Shown here: in pieces, positions 10,422-18,862 of the stretch
Numbering within the stretch: the first letter of the stretch is position 1
Layout of the letters: the number at the start of each line of letters is the position of its first letter
Source: Candidatus Nanoarchaeia archaeon
Lineage (GTDB): Archaea > Nanobdellota > Nanobdellia > SCGC-AAA011-G17 > GW2011-AR18
Length of the DNA stretch: 64,000 nucleotides
Assembly (NCBI GenBank): GCA_035289605.1
Contig: DATDWR010000022.1
Coordinates: 45,295 to 109,294, forward strand
Direction of reading: 5' to 3'
The notes under the pieces: generated by a model
What the model saw: the letters and a program-made list of their open reading frames with translations, nothing else
What the model was told of the DNA's origin: nothing
The model's database searches: none
Program-made: the position numbers and the translations under genes

Positions 10422-10565
10422 TTATTCTCTGTCCGATTGCTGCCATCCCTTCATGTCAGTAGAGTCTAATCTTTTTTCTTTTCGTAGCGGGTTCTGTGGT
10501 GGCTTGTAGTGTCTGCTTCTCTCAAGCTTTACCTTATTAAGGTATTCTATTGCAGGAATTTTCAT
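10422..10565 (-). CDS. Small basic hypothetical protein (47 aa)
   Basis: MKIPAIEYLNKVKLERSRHYKPPQNPLRKEKRLDSTDMKGWQQSDRE; TATA-like TTTATATA upstream. Confidence 0.45.
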   Translation of the reverse strand: MKIPAIEYLNKVKLERSRHYKPPQNPLRKEKRLDSTDMKGWQQSDRE

Positions 10566-10718
10566 GATAAATTTATATTATGGACGAAGTTTTATATAAA
10601 TGTTAGGTTCACTAAACAGTAGCAGAAAAAATTGGAATGAAGTAAAAATGAATTTACCATATAGTTTCTAAAAAGATAATAACTAAACAAATCTAATTGG
10701 CTAAAGATAAAAATACAA

Positions 10719-10848
10719 CGCCGACGCCAGGATTTGAACCTAGAATTCCTTGCGGAACTAGTTTACTATTCTGGATTCGAGATACATCAACAATCACATT
10801 GCAAGTAGCGAAAGTTTCTAGCGCCTTACCAGATTAGGCTACGTCGGC
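10719..10848 (-). tRNA. tRNA-Ser(CGA) with two introns (about 30/31, 35 nt; 37/38, 12 nt)
   Basis: Acceptor GCCGACG/CGTCGGC with G73, Ser-type D-arm GCCTAATCTGGTAAGGC, long variable arm TTCC-GCAA-GGAA, T-loop TTCAAAT; splicing gives CTAGT-CT-CGA-AA-ACTAG. Confidence 0.85.
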
Positions 10849-11051
10849 ATACTATTTTGAAGAGTTTCTACTTTTATAAGATTAATGTTATGTATTAGTT
10901 CTCATTCCGAATTACTTATTTTCTTTACATTTTACATCATAAAACTAATAAAAGTCTTACTAGAATATATACTCTGTAGACCGGATGTAGCTACAACATT
11001 AAGATTAATCAAATTCGAAATCTTTTTATTTCGCTTAAATATTAAATTTGT

Positions 11052-11930
11052 ATGGGTTTTTGGAAGAGGCAAAAAAGCAAAATTCTAATTGGTGGCGCAT
11101 TACTAACTATCGCAACAGGGGCATTAGGAGTTCTAAAAAGTGAAGAAGCAAGACTAAAAAGAGAAATTGTAGGATGTGAGAGAATAATAGAAAGTAAAAC
11201 AAGAGATGGTGGCATTCCAGAAGAATTGAAAAGAATAAAAGAAGCAATAAAGCAAAGAGAACAATTGCAAGAACAACAAGAAGAAGTTCAAGTTGGAGAA
11301 GGAGAATTAGCCGAACTGATAGAAAATCTAAAAAAATGGGAATTTGAATTTTCAGAAGAAAGAAAAGCTAAATCTTATAGTTTTGCTGGAGTAAATTTAC
11401 AAGCGTATAAAAAGAAATTTGATATGGGAAAAGAAGCATTAGTATTTTTCACAAGATTTTCAGATGAAAAAGCAGCACTATGGTATAACTATCGTAGACG
11501 TGACATTCTTAAAGATTGCAAAGACTTTCTTGAAGAATTAAATGGGTTTTTTCCGAGCGGCTTGTTTAAAGGATTTTACGAAGAATTCTATTCTGCGGAT
11601 ATTCCTATGTTTGACGAAACTTATGAGGATTTGCTTTACCAAGTATATCATCAAGTATTGCGGCCATTAAAATGGAATATTGAAGACATACAAGAAATAA
11701 AAAAAGCATTAATAGATATATCTAATGAAACAAATGACCTAATAGTTAAGTTAACAAAATCAGAAGAATTAAGAAAAAGACTGAAAGAGTATACAGAAAA
11801 AATGAATGATTTAAATTCAAAAACCACAGAATATCTAGATAAACTTGATATAATTCTTGACTATCTTCAAAACACCAAAGATCAATTAGAAAAAGAGATG
11901 CAGAGAAAGGGAATAAAAATTAGAGATTAA
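11052..11930 (+). CDS. Hypothetical membrane-anchored coiled-coil protein
   Basis: N-terminal TM, E/K-rich heptads; A-ending codons atypical for + strand genes here. Confidence 0.6.
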   Translation: MGFWKRQKSKILIGGALLTIATGALGVLKSEEARLKREIVGCERIIESKTRDGGIPEELKRIKEAIKQREQLQEQQEEVQVGEGELAELIENLKKWEFEFSEERKAKSYSFAGVNLQAYKKKFDMGKEALVFFTRFSDEKAALWYNYRRRDILKDCKDFLEELNGFFPSGLFKGFYEEFYSADIPMFDETYEDLLYQVYHQVLRPLKWNIEDIQEIKKALIDISNETNDLIVKLTKSEELRKRLKEYTEKMNDLNSKTTEYLDKLDIILDYLQNTKDQLEKEMQRKGIKIRD

Positions 11931-11934
11931 AAAC

Positions 11935-12270
11935 TTAATAATTAAATCTTCTTTCATAATCTTTATGATCGAACCATTCTAGAATTAAGCTTACTACAAT
12001 AACTTCATCACGAGCTATAGAATAAATTAACCTTCAGCCTTTAGGAAGGTCATACTTCCAAATATTTGTTACTCCATAATTCTGAATGTAAACCTTAGGA
12101 ATTAATTTCTTAGGTATCTGTATTCCACAAAAAGCGTTCTTTTCAATATTATCTATTGCCTGATTAATTAATCTAAACAATTCTCTTTCTTGATCATCGC
12201 CATTTTCCAATTTATAAAAAGCTTCCTTAACTTTCTTGTCTGCAAATTTTACATCTGATGGCAACTTCAT
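11935..12270 (-). pseudogene. RelE-like toxin with in-frame TGA at 12034-12036
   Basis: Frame continues past the stop: WKYDLPKG*RLIYSIARDEVIVVSLILEWFDHKDYERRFNY; coupled to upstream small gene by ATGA overlap. Confidence 0.75.
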
Positions 12271-12560
12271 TTTTTTCTACCTAAATCTTTCCTAGAATGG
12301 TATTTTCTTGCTAGTTCAGGATTATATATCCAACCAACTTTGCTTTCTTTGTCTATAGCTATCTTTCCAGAATATAGTAAATAATCGATTATAACACAAA
12401 ATGTCTGATACATCATCTTTTTAGGCAATGATTCCCATAATTTCCTTTTCTTGAATTCTCCATCATGCTCTCTAATGAAACTTTCTACCATAAGAACAGT
12501 ATCTAATCTGGGATATCTTAATATGTCTTCAATATTCATACTTTCTGTCTCGGTTATCAT
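12267..12560 (-). CDS. Putative antitoxin, winged-helix protein
   Basis: YPRLDTVLMVE...LWESLPKKMMYQTF...IDYLLYSGKI; overlaps the toxin gene. Confidence 0.6.
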   Translation of the reverse strand: MITETESMNIEDILRYPRLDTVLMVESFIREHDGEFKKRKLWESLPKKMMYQTFCVIIDYLLYSGKIAIDKESKVGWIYNPELARKYHSRKDLGRKK

Positions 12561-12726
12561 GTTATATCAATTGATATAATATAAATATATAAACCTTTCT
12601 ATTAATTGCACTAACATTACATTTGTAGTCATGTTGTCGCTACAATAGACAGACAAAGATTTAATCAACAACTCTTTTGCTTGTTCTTAAAGATAATTAA
12701 ATTATTCCTAATTATACTCTTTACTA

Positions 12727-14022
12727 ATGAGAAGATTTATATATAAGTACTCATTACTAATGAGTATGTTAGATAAGGATAATTTAAGGAAAATAGTAAT
12801 TAGGCAAAAACAGGATATTTCAGTAAAACAAAGTTTTGTTAGAAGAGAATTGCTTGATGAAATTTTAAAATGGTTTAAGGATAACAGAGTAATAATTCTT
12901 ACAGGCATTAGAAGATGCGGCAAGTCAACATTACTTAAGGAAATCATGCAAAATGTATCAAACTGGTGCTATGTCAATTTTGAAGACGAGAGATTCTTGG
13001 ATTTTAGAGCTCAGGACTTTGAAATGCTTAACGAAGTTCTTATTGAGCAATATGATAACATAAACATTTATTTTTTTGATGAAATACAAAATATAGAAAA
13101 ATTTGAGACATTTGTAAGAAGACTACAGGATGAAGGGAAAAAAGTCATAATAACAGGATCAAATGCTTCTTTACTCAGCAAAGAATTTGGAACAAGATTA
13201 ACAGGAAGATACAAGCCTTTTGAAGTGTATCCATTCTCTTTTCACGAGTTCCTTCAATTTAATGATATAAAATTAAACAAAAATGATTTCTACATTATAG
13301 AAAATAAAGTTAGCCTGATAAAACTTTTCAGAGAATATCTAATATCTGGAGGGCTGCCAGAATACCTAAAAAACAAAGATAAAGAATACGTCAGAACAGT
13401 TTATGAAAATATTTTGTATAAAGATGTTATATCTAGATATGCCATAAGAAAACAAAAAATAATTAAAGAATTAATAAATATATTAAGCACAAATATTTCC
13501 TCACAATTTACATATAATTCATTGAAAAATTCTATTGGATTGGGGAATGCGATAACAGTAAAAGAATATATATCTTATTTGGCTAATTCTTATCTATTTT
13601 TTGAATTGTTGAAATTTTCTTACTCAGTAAGACAACAACTTAATTCACCAAGAAAAATATACTTGATAGACTCTGCTTTTAATCAAATATGCGGATTGAA
13701 CTTTTCAGAAAATAAAGGAAAAGTACTAGAGAACATGGTATTTATTCAATTGAAAAGAAAAAATAAAGAAATATACTATTATGCAGATAAAAATGAATGC
13801 GACTTCATAATAAAAGACAAAACAAAAATAACAGAAGCAATACAAGTATGTTATACTCTGAATGAGAGCAACAAAGAAAGAGAAATAGGTGGGCTGCTTG
13901 AAGCTATGGAAAGATTCAAGTTGAAAAAAGGTATAATACTAACCTATGAACAAACTGAAGAAATAAATATAAAGGGTAAAAAAATTCAAGTACTGCCAGT
14001 ATATAAATGGATACTAGAATAA
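12727..14022 (+). CDS. AAA_14 ATPase with DUF4143 C-terminal domain
   Basis: GIRRCGKS Walker A, FFDEIQ Walker B, TGSNASLL, GGLPE, KIYLID, ECDF; start probably ATG near 12760. Confidence 0.9.
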   Translation: MRRFIYKYSLLMSMLDKDNLRKIVIRQKQDISVKQSFVRRELLDEILKWFKDNRVIILTGIRRCGKSTLLKEIMQNVSNWCYVNFEDERFLDFRAQDFEMLNEVLIEQYDNINIYFFDEIQNIEKFETFVRRLQDEGKKVIITGSNASLLSKEFGTRLTGRYKPFEVYPFSFHEFLQFNDIKLNKNDFYIIENKVSLIKLFREYLISGGLPEYLKNKDKEYVRTVYENILYKDVISRYAIRKQKIIKELINILSTNISSQFTYNSLKNSIGLGNAITVKEYISYLANSYLFFELLKFSYSVRQQLNSPRKIYLIDSAFNQICGLNFSENKGKVLENMVFIQLKRKNKEIYYYADKNECDFIIKDKTKITEAIQVCYTLNESNKEREIGGLLEAMERFKLKKGIILTYEQTEEINIKGKKIQVLPVYKWILE

Positions 14023-14081
14023 TTTACTTAGTAAAACGTATTTTTGACAAAGGCTATCCAGTCGTTCGCTGATGCTCACTA

Positions 14082-14121
14082 CACAGCAAGCTGCGGGGTA
14101 TTAGACCAAAATGGGAATAAA
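14082..14121 (+). repeat. GC-rich REP/MITE-like element (CAGCAAGCTGCGGGGTATTAGACC...GGGAATAAA)
   Basis: Short hairpin in a GC-rich patch directly ahead of a start-less AbrB fragment. Confidence 0.4.
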
Positions 14122-14211
14122 CATATAATTGAAAGTCTAAACTTAAAATCAGGAGAAGAGATTCAAATTACAGTACCAGATAAAAAACATATTCTATTGA
14201 CTTTGGAATAA
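14117..14211 (+). pseudogene. C-terminal remnant of AbrB/MazE-type antitoxin
   Basis: HIIESLNLKSGEEIQITVPDKKHILLTLE* with no in-frame start. Confidence 0.5.
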
Positions 14212-14251
14212 ACAACAATATATTTAAACAAATAATTATATAATCCATTAT

Positions 14252-14980
14252 ATGCAGGATAAATTACTTGAAATGTTGATGCAGAAGGATGAGATTACAT
14301 GGCAGACTATAATCCTAGATTTAATAAAAACTGGAGAGATGGATCCTTGGGATATAGATATTTCAATACTGTCAAATAAGTATTTAGAAACCATAAAAAA
14401 AATGCAGGAATCAAATTTATTCATTTCAGGAAAAGTTATTTTGGCGTCTGCAATTTTATTGAAAATTAAATCAGAAAAGCTTCTTGTAGAAGGTATAGCC
14501 GCTTTAGATAATTTAATGTTCCCTTCAGATGACATAGAAGAATTAGACCAGTTTGTTGGTGATAAAAAAATAATTCTGGACGCTGAGCCAAAATTGACAA
14601 TTAAAACTCCCCAGACAAGAAAGAAAAAAGTTAGTGTTGATGACCTTATAGGCGCTCTTGAAAAGGCATTGGAAGTGAATGAGAGAAGATTATTAAGGCT
14701 GGCTGAAAGAAATAGGATTCCTGAAAATATGACAATACCTGAAAAGCCTATAGATATAACTTTGATAATAAAGCAGCTTTATGAAAAGATAAAAATTGTT
14801 TTTGCCAAGAAGCCTGTGATAACCTTTAGCGAATTAATAAGTAGTGGGCAAAAACAGGAAAAATTAGCAACATTTGTTCCCTTGTTGCATTTATCCAATC
14901 TGGAAAAAGTAGATCTAAATCAGGAAGAGCATTTCGGAGAGATTTACATAAAATTATATAAACAGCAAGAAGAGAATTAA
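14252..14980 (+). CDS. scpA: Segregation and condensation protein A (kleisin)
   Basis: MDPWDIDI, SGKVILASAILLKIKS, TFVPLLHL...QEEHFGEI. Confidence 0.92.
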   Translation: MQDKLLEMLMQKDEITWQTIILDLIKTGEMDPWDIDISILSNKYLETIKKMQESNLFISGKVILASAILLKIKSEKLLVEGIAALDNLMFPSDDIEELDQFVGDKKIILDAEPKLTIKTPQTRKKKVSVDDLIGALEKALEVNERRLLRLAERNRIPENMTIPEKPIDITLIIKQLYEKIKIVFAKKPVITFSELISSGQKQEKLATFVPLLHLSNLEKVDLNQEEHFGEIYIKLYKQQEEN

Positions 14981-15351
14981 GGAGTTTGTCTTTTTATATC
15001 TAAATTGTCAAAATCTGAATCATAGCTTAGAATACATTCACAATTATTTAGCATAGCAATAGTATAATGTACTAAATCTATAAATCTTAATTTTTTATTT
15101 GCATCTGATCTTTTCATAGCCTCAAAAACTGTATTAACATCCACATTAATTATAATTAAATTTAATTTTAAAATTGACTTTATCGATTTTACAGCTCTTT
15201 CTCTGCTAGATTCAAATTCTATTATGTTAAAAGCTTCAATTAAATTTAATGAATCTATTATTCCCCCTTCTCTTAAAGCCTGCTGACAAAGATCCTGATG
15301 TTCATTCTCATAAAAAGCATAAGCTAAGATTGTGCTGTCTATAAATCTCAT
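14977..15351 (-). CDS. vapC: PIN-domain toxin VapC
   Basis: FIDSTIL, FIDLVH, SYDSDFD. Confidence 0.88.
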   Translation of the reverse strand: MRFIDSTILAYAFYENEHQDLCQQALREGGIIDSLNLIEAFNIIEFESSRERAVKSIKSILKLNLIIINVDVNTVFEAMKRSDANKKLRFIDLVHYTIAMLNNCECILSYDSDFDNLDIKRQTP

Positions 15352-15581
15352 CTAAACATCCTCTGATTCAGTTCTTTCATTTGCCTTACTGTTAAATTAT
15401 GCTTCGGTTTAACATTCTTAGCTTCTCTAAAAACTTCTTCCACATCTTCTTCAATTGGTTTTATTAATATATTGCCATTTTTTTCTTCTATTTCTACTTT
15501 ACTTCCAACCTCCAAACCTAAATGGTTTCTTATATCTGAAGGAATTGTTATTTGCAGACCTTTGCTTATTGTTACTATCAT
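15348..15581 (-). CDS. AbrB/MazE-family antitoxin
   Basis: SKGLQITIPSDIRNHLGLEVGSKVEI; ATGA overlap with vapC. Confidence 0.88.
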   Translation of the reverse strand: MIVTISKGLQITIPSDIRNHLGLEVGSKVEIEEKNGNILIKPIEEDVEEVFREAKNVKPKHNLTVRQMKELNQRMFR

Positions 15582-15696
15582 TTTAACCTCCTAATTGTTA
15601 ATTATTAATTAAGCATTATTAATATATAAACATTTCTATTTTTTGAGCTGTAGCCTTATAGGTTTATAAAAAAGAAAAATTTATTCTTCTATTTTA

Positions 15697-16374
15697 TTAT
15701 TGATCATCTTTATATTCACCTAATGTCTTTTGTTTTTTAGATTTCTTCCCACTTGCATATTCTTGGTATGGTGCCCATGAGTGTCTGAATATTTCAGGAT
15801 ATTTGTTCCAGTTTTCCTTCAAGAATTGTTTAGTTTTAGGATCAGAGACATACCCAGAACCAAAGTCAATTCCTATTCTCTTTTTTATTAATAAAACTTC
15901 TTCCTCTCTTGCGCACTTTGCTAATATTGAAGCAGCCCCTACAGCAACGAAATTTTTGTCGGCATGGTGTTCACATCTTAGTGAGGAATTTATTTTTATT
16001 TTGTTTTTCAAGAATTGTGCGAATGCTTTTTTATTGTTGCTTGGACAATCAACTACAACTTGGTCTGGCTTAAGATAGTTTATTATTTCAGCCATTTTTT
16101 CCCCTTCCAGAAAATTTAAATTAGAAACTCCATCAGACATTACAGCTTTGTCAACTTCTTCAGGATATACTTTTATTATTTTGTAATCCTTAACAATTTT
16201 CACTATTTCCTTGCAAATCCTTTCTCTCTGTTTTTGCGTCAATAATTTAGAATCTTTTACTCCAATAGACTTCAGTTTATCTAAATCATTTTCTTCTATT
16301 AATACTCCAGCCATTATCATTGGACCTATTACTGGGCCACGGCCAGCATCATCAATACCACAAATTAATGTCAT
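15697..16374 (-). CDS. rnhB: Ribonuclease HII
   Basis: GIDDAGRGPVIGP, DSKLL, AASILAK, GSGYVSD. Confidence 0.96.
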   Translation of the reverse strand: MTLICGIDDAGRGPVIGPMIMAGVLIEENDLDKLKSIGVKDSKLLTQKQRERICKEIVKIVKDYKIIKVYPEEVDKAVMSDGVSNLNFLEGEKMAEIINYLKPDQVVVDCPSNNKKAFAQFLKNKIKINSSLRCEHHADKNFVAVGAASILAKCAREEEVLLIKKRIGIDFGSGYVSDPKTKQFLKENWNKYPEIFRHSWAPYQEYASGKKSKKQKTLGEYKDDQ

Positions 16375-16529
16375 AAAAATTTATCTTTTCTTTATAATAT
16401 AAAACTTTCTAGAACATAAAATAGTCTAAATTATTCTTATAGCTTTCAGAAAGAACCAAACTAGGATTATTAACATACCTATCCAAAAAATTATTACCCA
16501 TAAAGTTGTTCTATATGCACTTTGGCCAC

Positions 16530-16563
16530 TGGACACGACAGGAACGGGCGTGGAGTTTATAAA
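16530..16563 (+). promoter_or_regulatory. TGGACACGACA motif plus TATA box ahead of LAGLIDADG gene
   Basis: Same 11-mer plus TTTATAAA occurs at 44815-44851 ahead of another endonuclease gene. Confidence 0.45.
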
Positions 16564-16585
16564 TAAAAACTCACTTAATTATAAA

Positions 16586-17212
16586 ATGAAATTGGAAAAA
16601 GAAATATTTTTAGCTTCGCATGTAAGTGCTGATGGTTGGCTATCAAAATATATAGAAAAAAATTGTCTGCAGATAGTTCATGGAAGAAGATATTATAAAA
16701 ATAGAATGAGATATACTATAGGTTATTGTAATAACAATAAGGTTCTGATAGAATTATTTGTGAGAAATATGTTTGATGCTTTTAGTTTAAAACCTAGATA
16801 TGCCAAGAATAAAACCCAAGTAATTTTTAGATCAAAAAGAGTGTATGATCAATTAAAAGAGTTAGGTACAGGGGATAGTTATAATTGGTTTATTCATAAA
16901 TCTGTTTATAAAAGAAAAAGATTAATGCAAATATGGTTGAGATCTTTTTATGATGACGAGTCTACTTTAAATGGTAAAAGAGTAATTGTAGATAGTGTAA
17001 ATAAAAATGGTCTAAGACAAGTAAGTCAGCTATTAAAAAAACTTAAAATTAATCACATTTTCAGAGAATATAATTTCAAGTATAAAGGATTAATAAAGAA
17101 AAGATATAGAATTACTGCTTATAATTTAGAGCAATATTATAATTTAATAGGTTTTAACAATACAGAAAAGAAATCTAAAATTTTAAAGTTGCTAAGGAAA
17201 TACAGAGTATAG
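16586..17212 (+). CDS. Free-standing double-motif LAGLIDADG (intein/DOD-like) endonuclease
   Basis: Motifs LASHVSADG and WLRSFYDDES, SVNKNGLRQVSQLLKKLKI, IGF near the end; no intein splicing residues; ATG 16586 preferred over GTG 16550. Confidence 0.85.
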   Translation: MKLEKEIFLASHVSADGWLSKYIEKNCLQIVHGRRYYKNRMRYTIGYCNNNKVLIELFVRNMFDAFSLKPRYAKNKTQVIFRSKRVYDQLKELGTGDSYNWFIHKSVYKRKRLMQIWLRSFYDDESTLNGKRVIVDSVNKNGLRQVSQLLKKLKINHIFREYNFKYKGLIKKRYRITAYNLEQYYNLIGFNNTEKKSKILKLLRKYRV

Positions 17213-17455
17213 CGGGAGTTCTCCAGAGCAACTTTCGTCAACCCTTTTGGATTTGAACCAACGACCCAACCGTGCTAATAGCATTTCGGGTATCGCAAAG
17301 AGTGCTTAACTCCTTATGAGCCTTCCGCGATAAGACATTCCATCAATTATCTCGACGGACATTTAGGCACTATAAGTGTCTCCTAGTTGGACGTATAAAT
17401 TACTCTGTCCTATCCTTATAGGCCCAAAGGCTCGCTATGGTATCAGCTTTCCGCT
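17210..17455 (-). tRNA. Initiator tRNA-Met(CAT) with seven introns
   Basis: Exons 17451-55, 17405-14, 17380-86, 17353-61, 17315-22, 17285-91, 17247-66, 17210-18 join to AGCGGGATAGGACAGCTAGGAGTGTCCGTCGGGCTCATAACCCGAAGGTCGTTGGTTCAAATCCAACTCCCGCTA (75 nt): A1-U72, three G-C anticodon-stem pairs, all stems paired; BHB-like folds at junctions. Confidence 0.93.
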
Positions 17456-17483
17456 ACCTCTGCAGAATTCAGAATCCCAGTTA

Positions 17484-17500
17484 TTTTTATAAACCTTTTG
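17484..17500 (-). promoter_or_regulatory. BRE/TATA promoter of tRNA-iMet
   Basis: Minus strand CAAAAGG-TTTATAAA about 30 nt upstream of the mature 5' end. Confidence 0.7.
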
Positions 17501-17533
17501 TATCTTATTTATCACAGCACTTAAGGTAAAAAG

Positions 17534-18175
17534 ATGTATCAGCAAGTAAACCCAAAAGAGCTGAAGGAAATTGAGAGTAATATAGCTAAAGGTATTAGCC
17601 TTAAAGATAGTTTTAGTTTTGTTAAGACAGTTGCCGCTTTTGATATAGCTTATTCAGAAAAGACTTACAAGTGTGTTGCAGTAGTTATAGATATTGAAAA
17701 CTTAAAGGAATTAGAAGTCAAGCACATAGAGGGAGAAGAAATAATGCCTTATTCTCCAAAGCTGGTAATTTTCAGAGAAGGTCCTGTAATTTTAGAGTCT
17801 TATAGAAGTTTATCCATAAAACCTGACATATTAATAGTTAAGGGTAATGGCTTTATGAAGAAAAGTTCCATAGGTTTGGCTAGTTATGTTGGTGTCTTGC
17901 TTAATAAGCCTGTTATTGGTGTTGCTAAAGAACTTGTTGCTGGCAGGCTTGATGAGGATAAGATTATTGCAAATAATGATGTTGTCGGCTTTGCCTTGAA
18001 GGCCAAGGAGTTTGCAAATCCTGTGTATATCACTCCAGGCCATAATATTTGTTTGGATTCAAGTGTTAAAATAATTAAGAAAGTTCTTTCTCCTTCATAC
18101 AAGCTTCCATTGCCTATGCACATGGCACATAAATATGTTAATAAAATAAAAAAAGAATATATACAAAAGATTTAA
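17534..18175 (+). CDS. nfi: Endonuclease V homolog with degenerate active site
   Basis: AFDIAY, FREGP, PVIGVAK, PVYITPGH, LPLPMHMAH; usual VDGNG reads VKGNG. Confidence 0.85.
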   Translation: MYQQVNPKELKEIESNIAKGISLKDSFSFVKTVAAFDIAYSEKTYKCVAVVIDIENLKELEVKHIEGEEIMPYSPKLVIFREGPVILESYRSLSIKPDILIVKGNGFMKKSSIGLASYVGVLLNKPVIGVAKELVAGRLDEDKIIANNDVVGFALKAKEFANPVYITPGHNICLDSSVKIIKKVLSPSYKLPLPMHMAHKYVNKIKKEYIQKI

Positions 18176-18179
18176 AATC

Positions 18180-18839
18180 TTGAAAGCTTTGGTAGTTTTT
18201 ATGAATTACTCTGTAAAAAAATTTGGGTTCTTGTCTTATTCAAATATAGAGATTATAGATATTACAAAGGCTTGGTTCGCAATTTCTGTGGCTTTTGGTA
18301 TAGTTCTCGGCGGGCTAAGTTCGCTTTTCTTCAAGGCTTTTATTATTTCTGCTGTTGCTGTAGGTCTTGGTTTTCTTCTTCATGAATTAAGCCACAAGGT
18401 TGTTGCTCAAAGGTATAAGTATAAGGCTGAGTTCAGAAGCTTTGATGAGATGCTGTTCCTGGCTGTTATCATGAGTTTTTTCGGCTTCGTTATTGCAGCG
18501 CCAGGAGCAGTAATGATTCAGGCATTTAAATATAATAATAAACATAATGGCATGATATCTGCTGCAGGTCCATTGACAAATATAATATTGGCATTATTGT
18601 TTTTAGCTGCTATGTTTTTAACAGGAAATTTTAGTTTATTGGATAAGCCTGTAGGAACTGTAGTTTCTCTTCCTATTTTTAGCTCTATTTTGCTTATTGG
18701 TTTTTTTGTTAACAGCTGGCTTGCTTTGTTCAACATGATTCCTGTTTGGCAGTTTGATGGTGCTAAGATTTTTAGGTGGAATAAAATAATTTATTTTTCA
18801 ATTGTTATTGTTTCTGCTTTCCTGGTTTTCGGCTTGTAA
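18180..18839 (+). CDS. Site-2 protease family (M50) membrane metalloprotease
   Basis: HELSH, AAGPLTN, FNMIPVWQFDG; start may be ATG 18201. Confidence 0.92.
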   Translation: MKALVVFMNYSVKKFGFLSYSNIEIIDITKAWFAISVAFGIVLGGLSSLFFKAFIISAVAVGLGFLLHELSHKVVAQRYKYKAEFRSFDEMLFLAVIMSFFGFVIAAPGAVMIQAFKYNNKHNGMISAAGPLTNIILALLFLAAMFLTGNFSLLDKPVGTVVSLPIFSSILLIGFFVNSWLALFNMIPVWQFDGAKIFRWNKIIYFSIVIVSAFLVFGL

Positions 18840-18862
18840 TTATAAAAAATATGTTTTGTGCT

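Noticed and set aside
12034..12036. Alternative genetic code (TGA = Trp)
   Set aside because: psmA, sdo1 and other genes end at TGA at expected lengths, and TGG is used for Trp throughout.
16515..16552. Split-tRNA 5' half on the minus strand
   Set aside because: No convincing acceptor or D-arm, and no complementary leader.
16586..17212. LAGLIDADG as part of an intein or as an intron-encoded ORF
   Set aside because: No Cys/Ser start or His-Asn end and no flanking extein; it lies outside and antisense to the tRNA.
17212..17480. RNase P RNA, SRP RNA or group I intron as the identity of the GC-rich structured block
   Set aside because: No P4 or SRP helix-8 consensus found; the block is fully explained by tRNA-iMet exons plus BHB introns.
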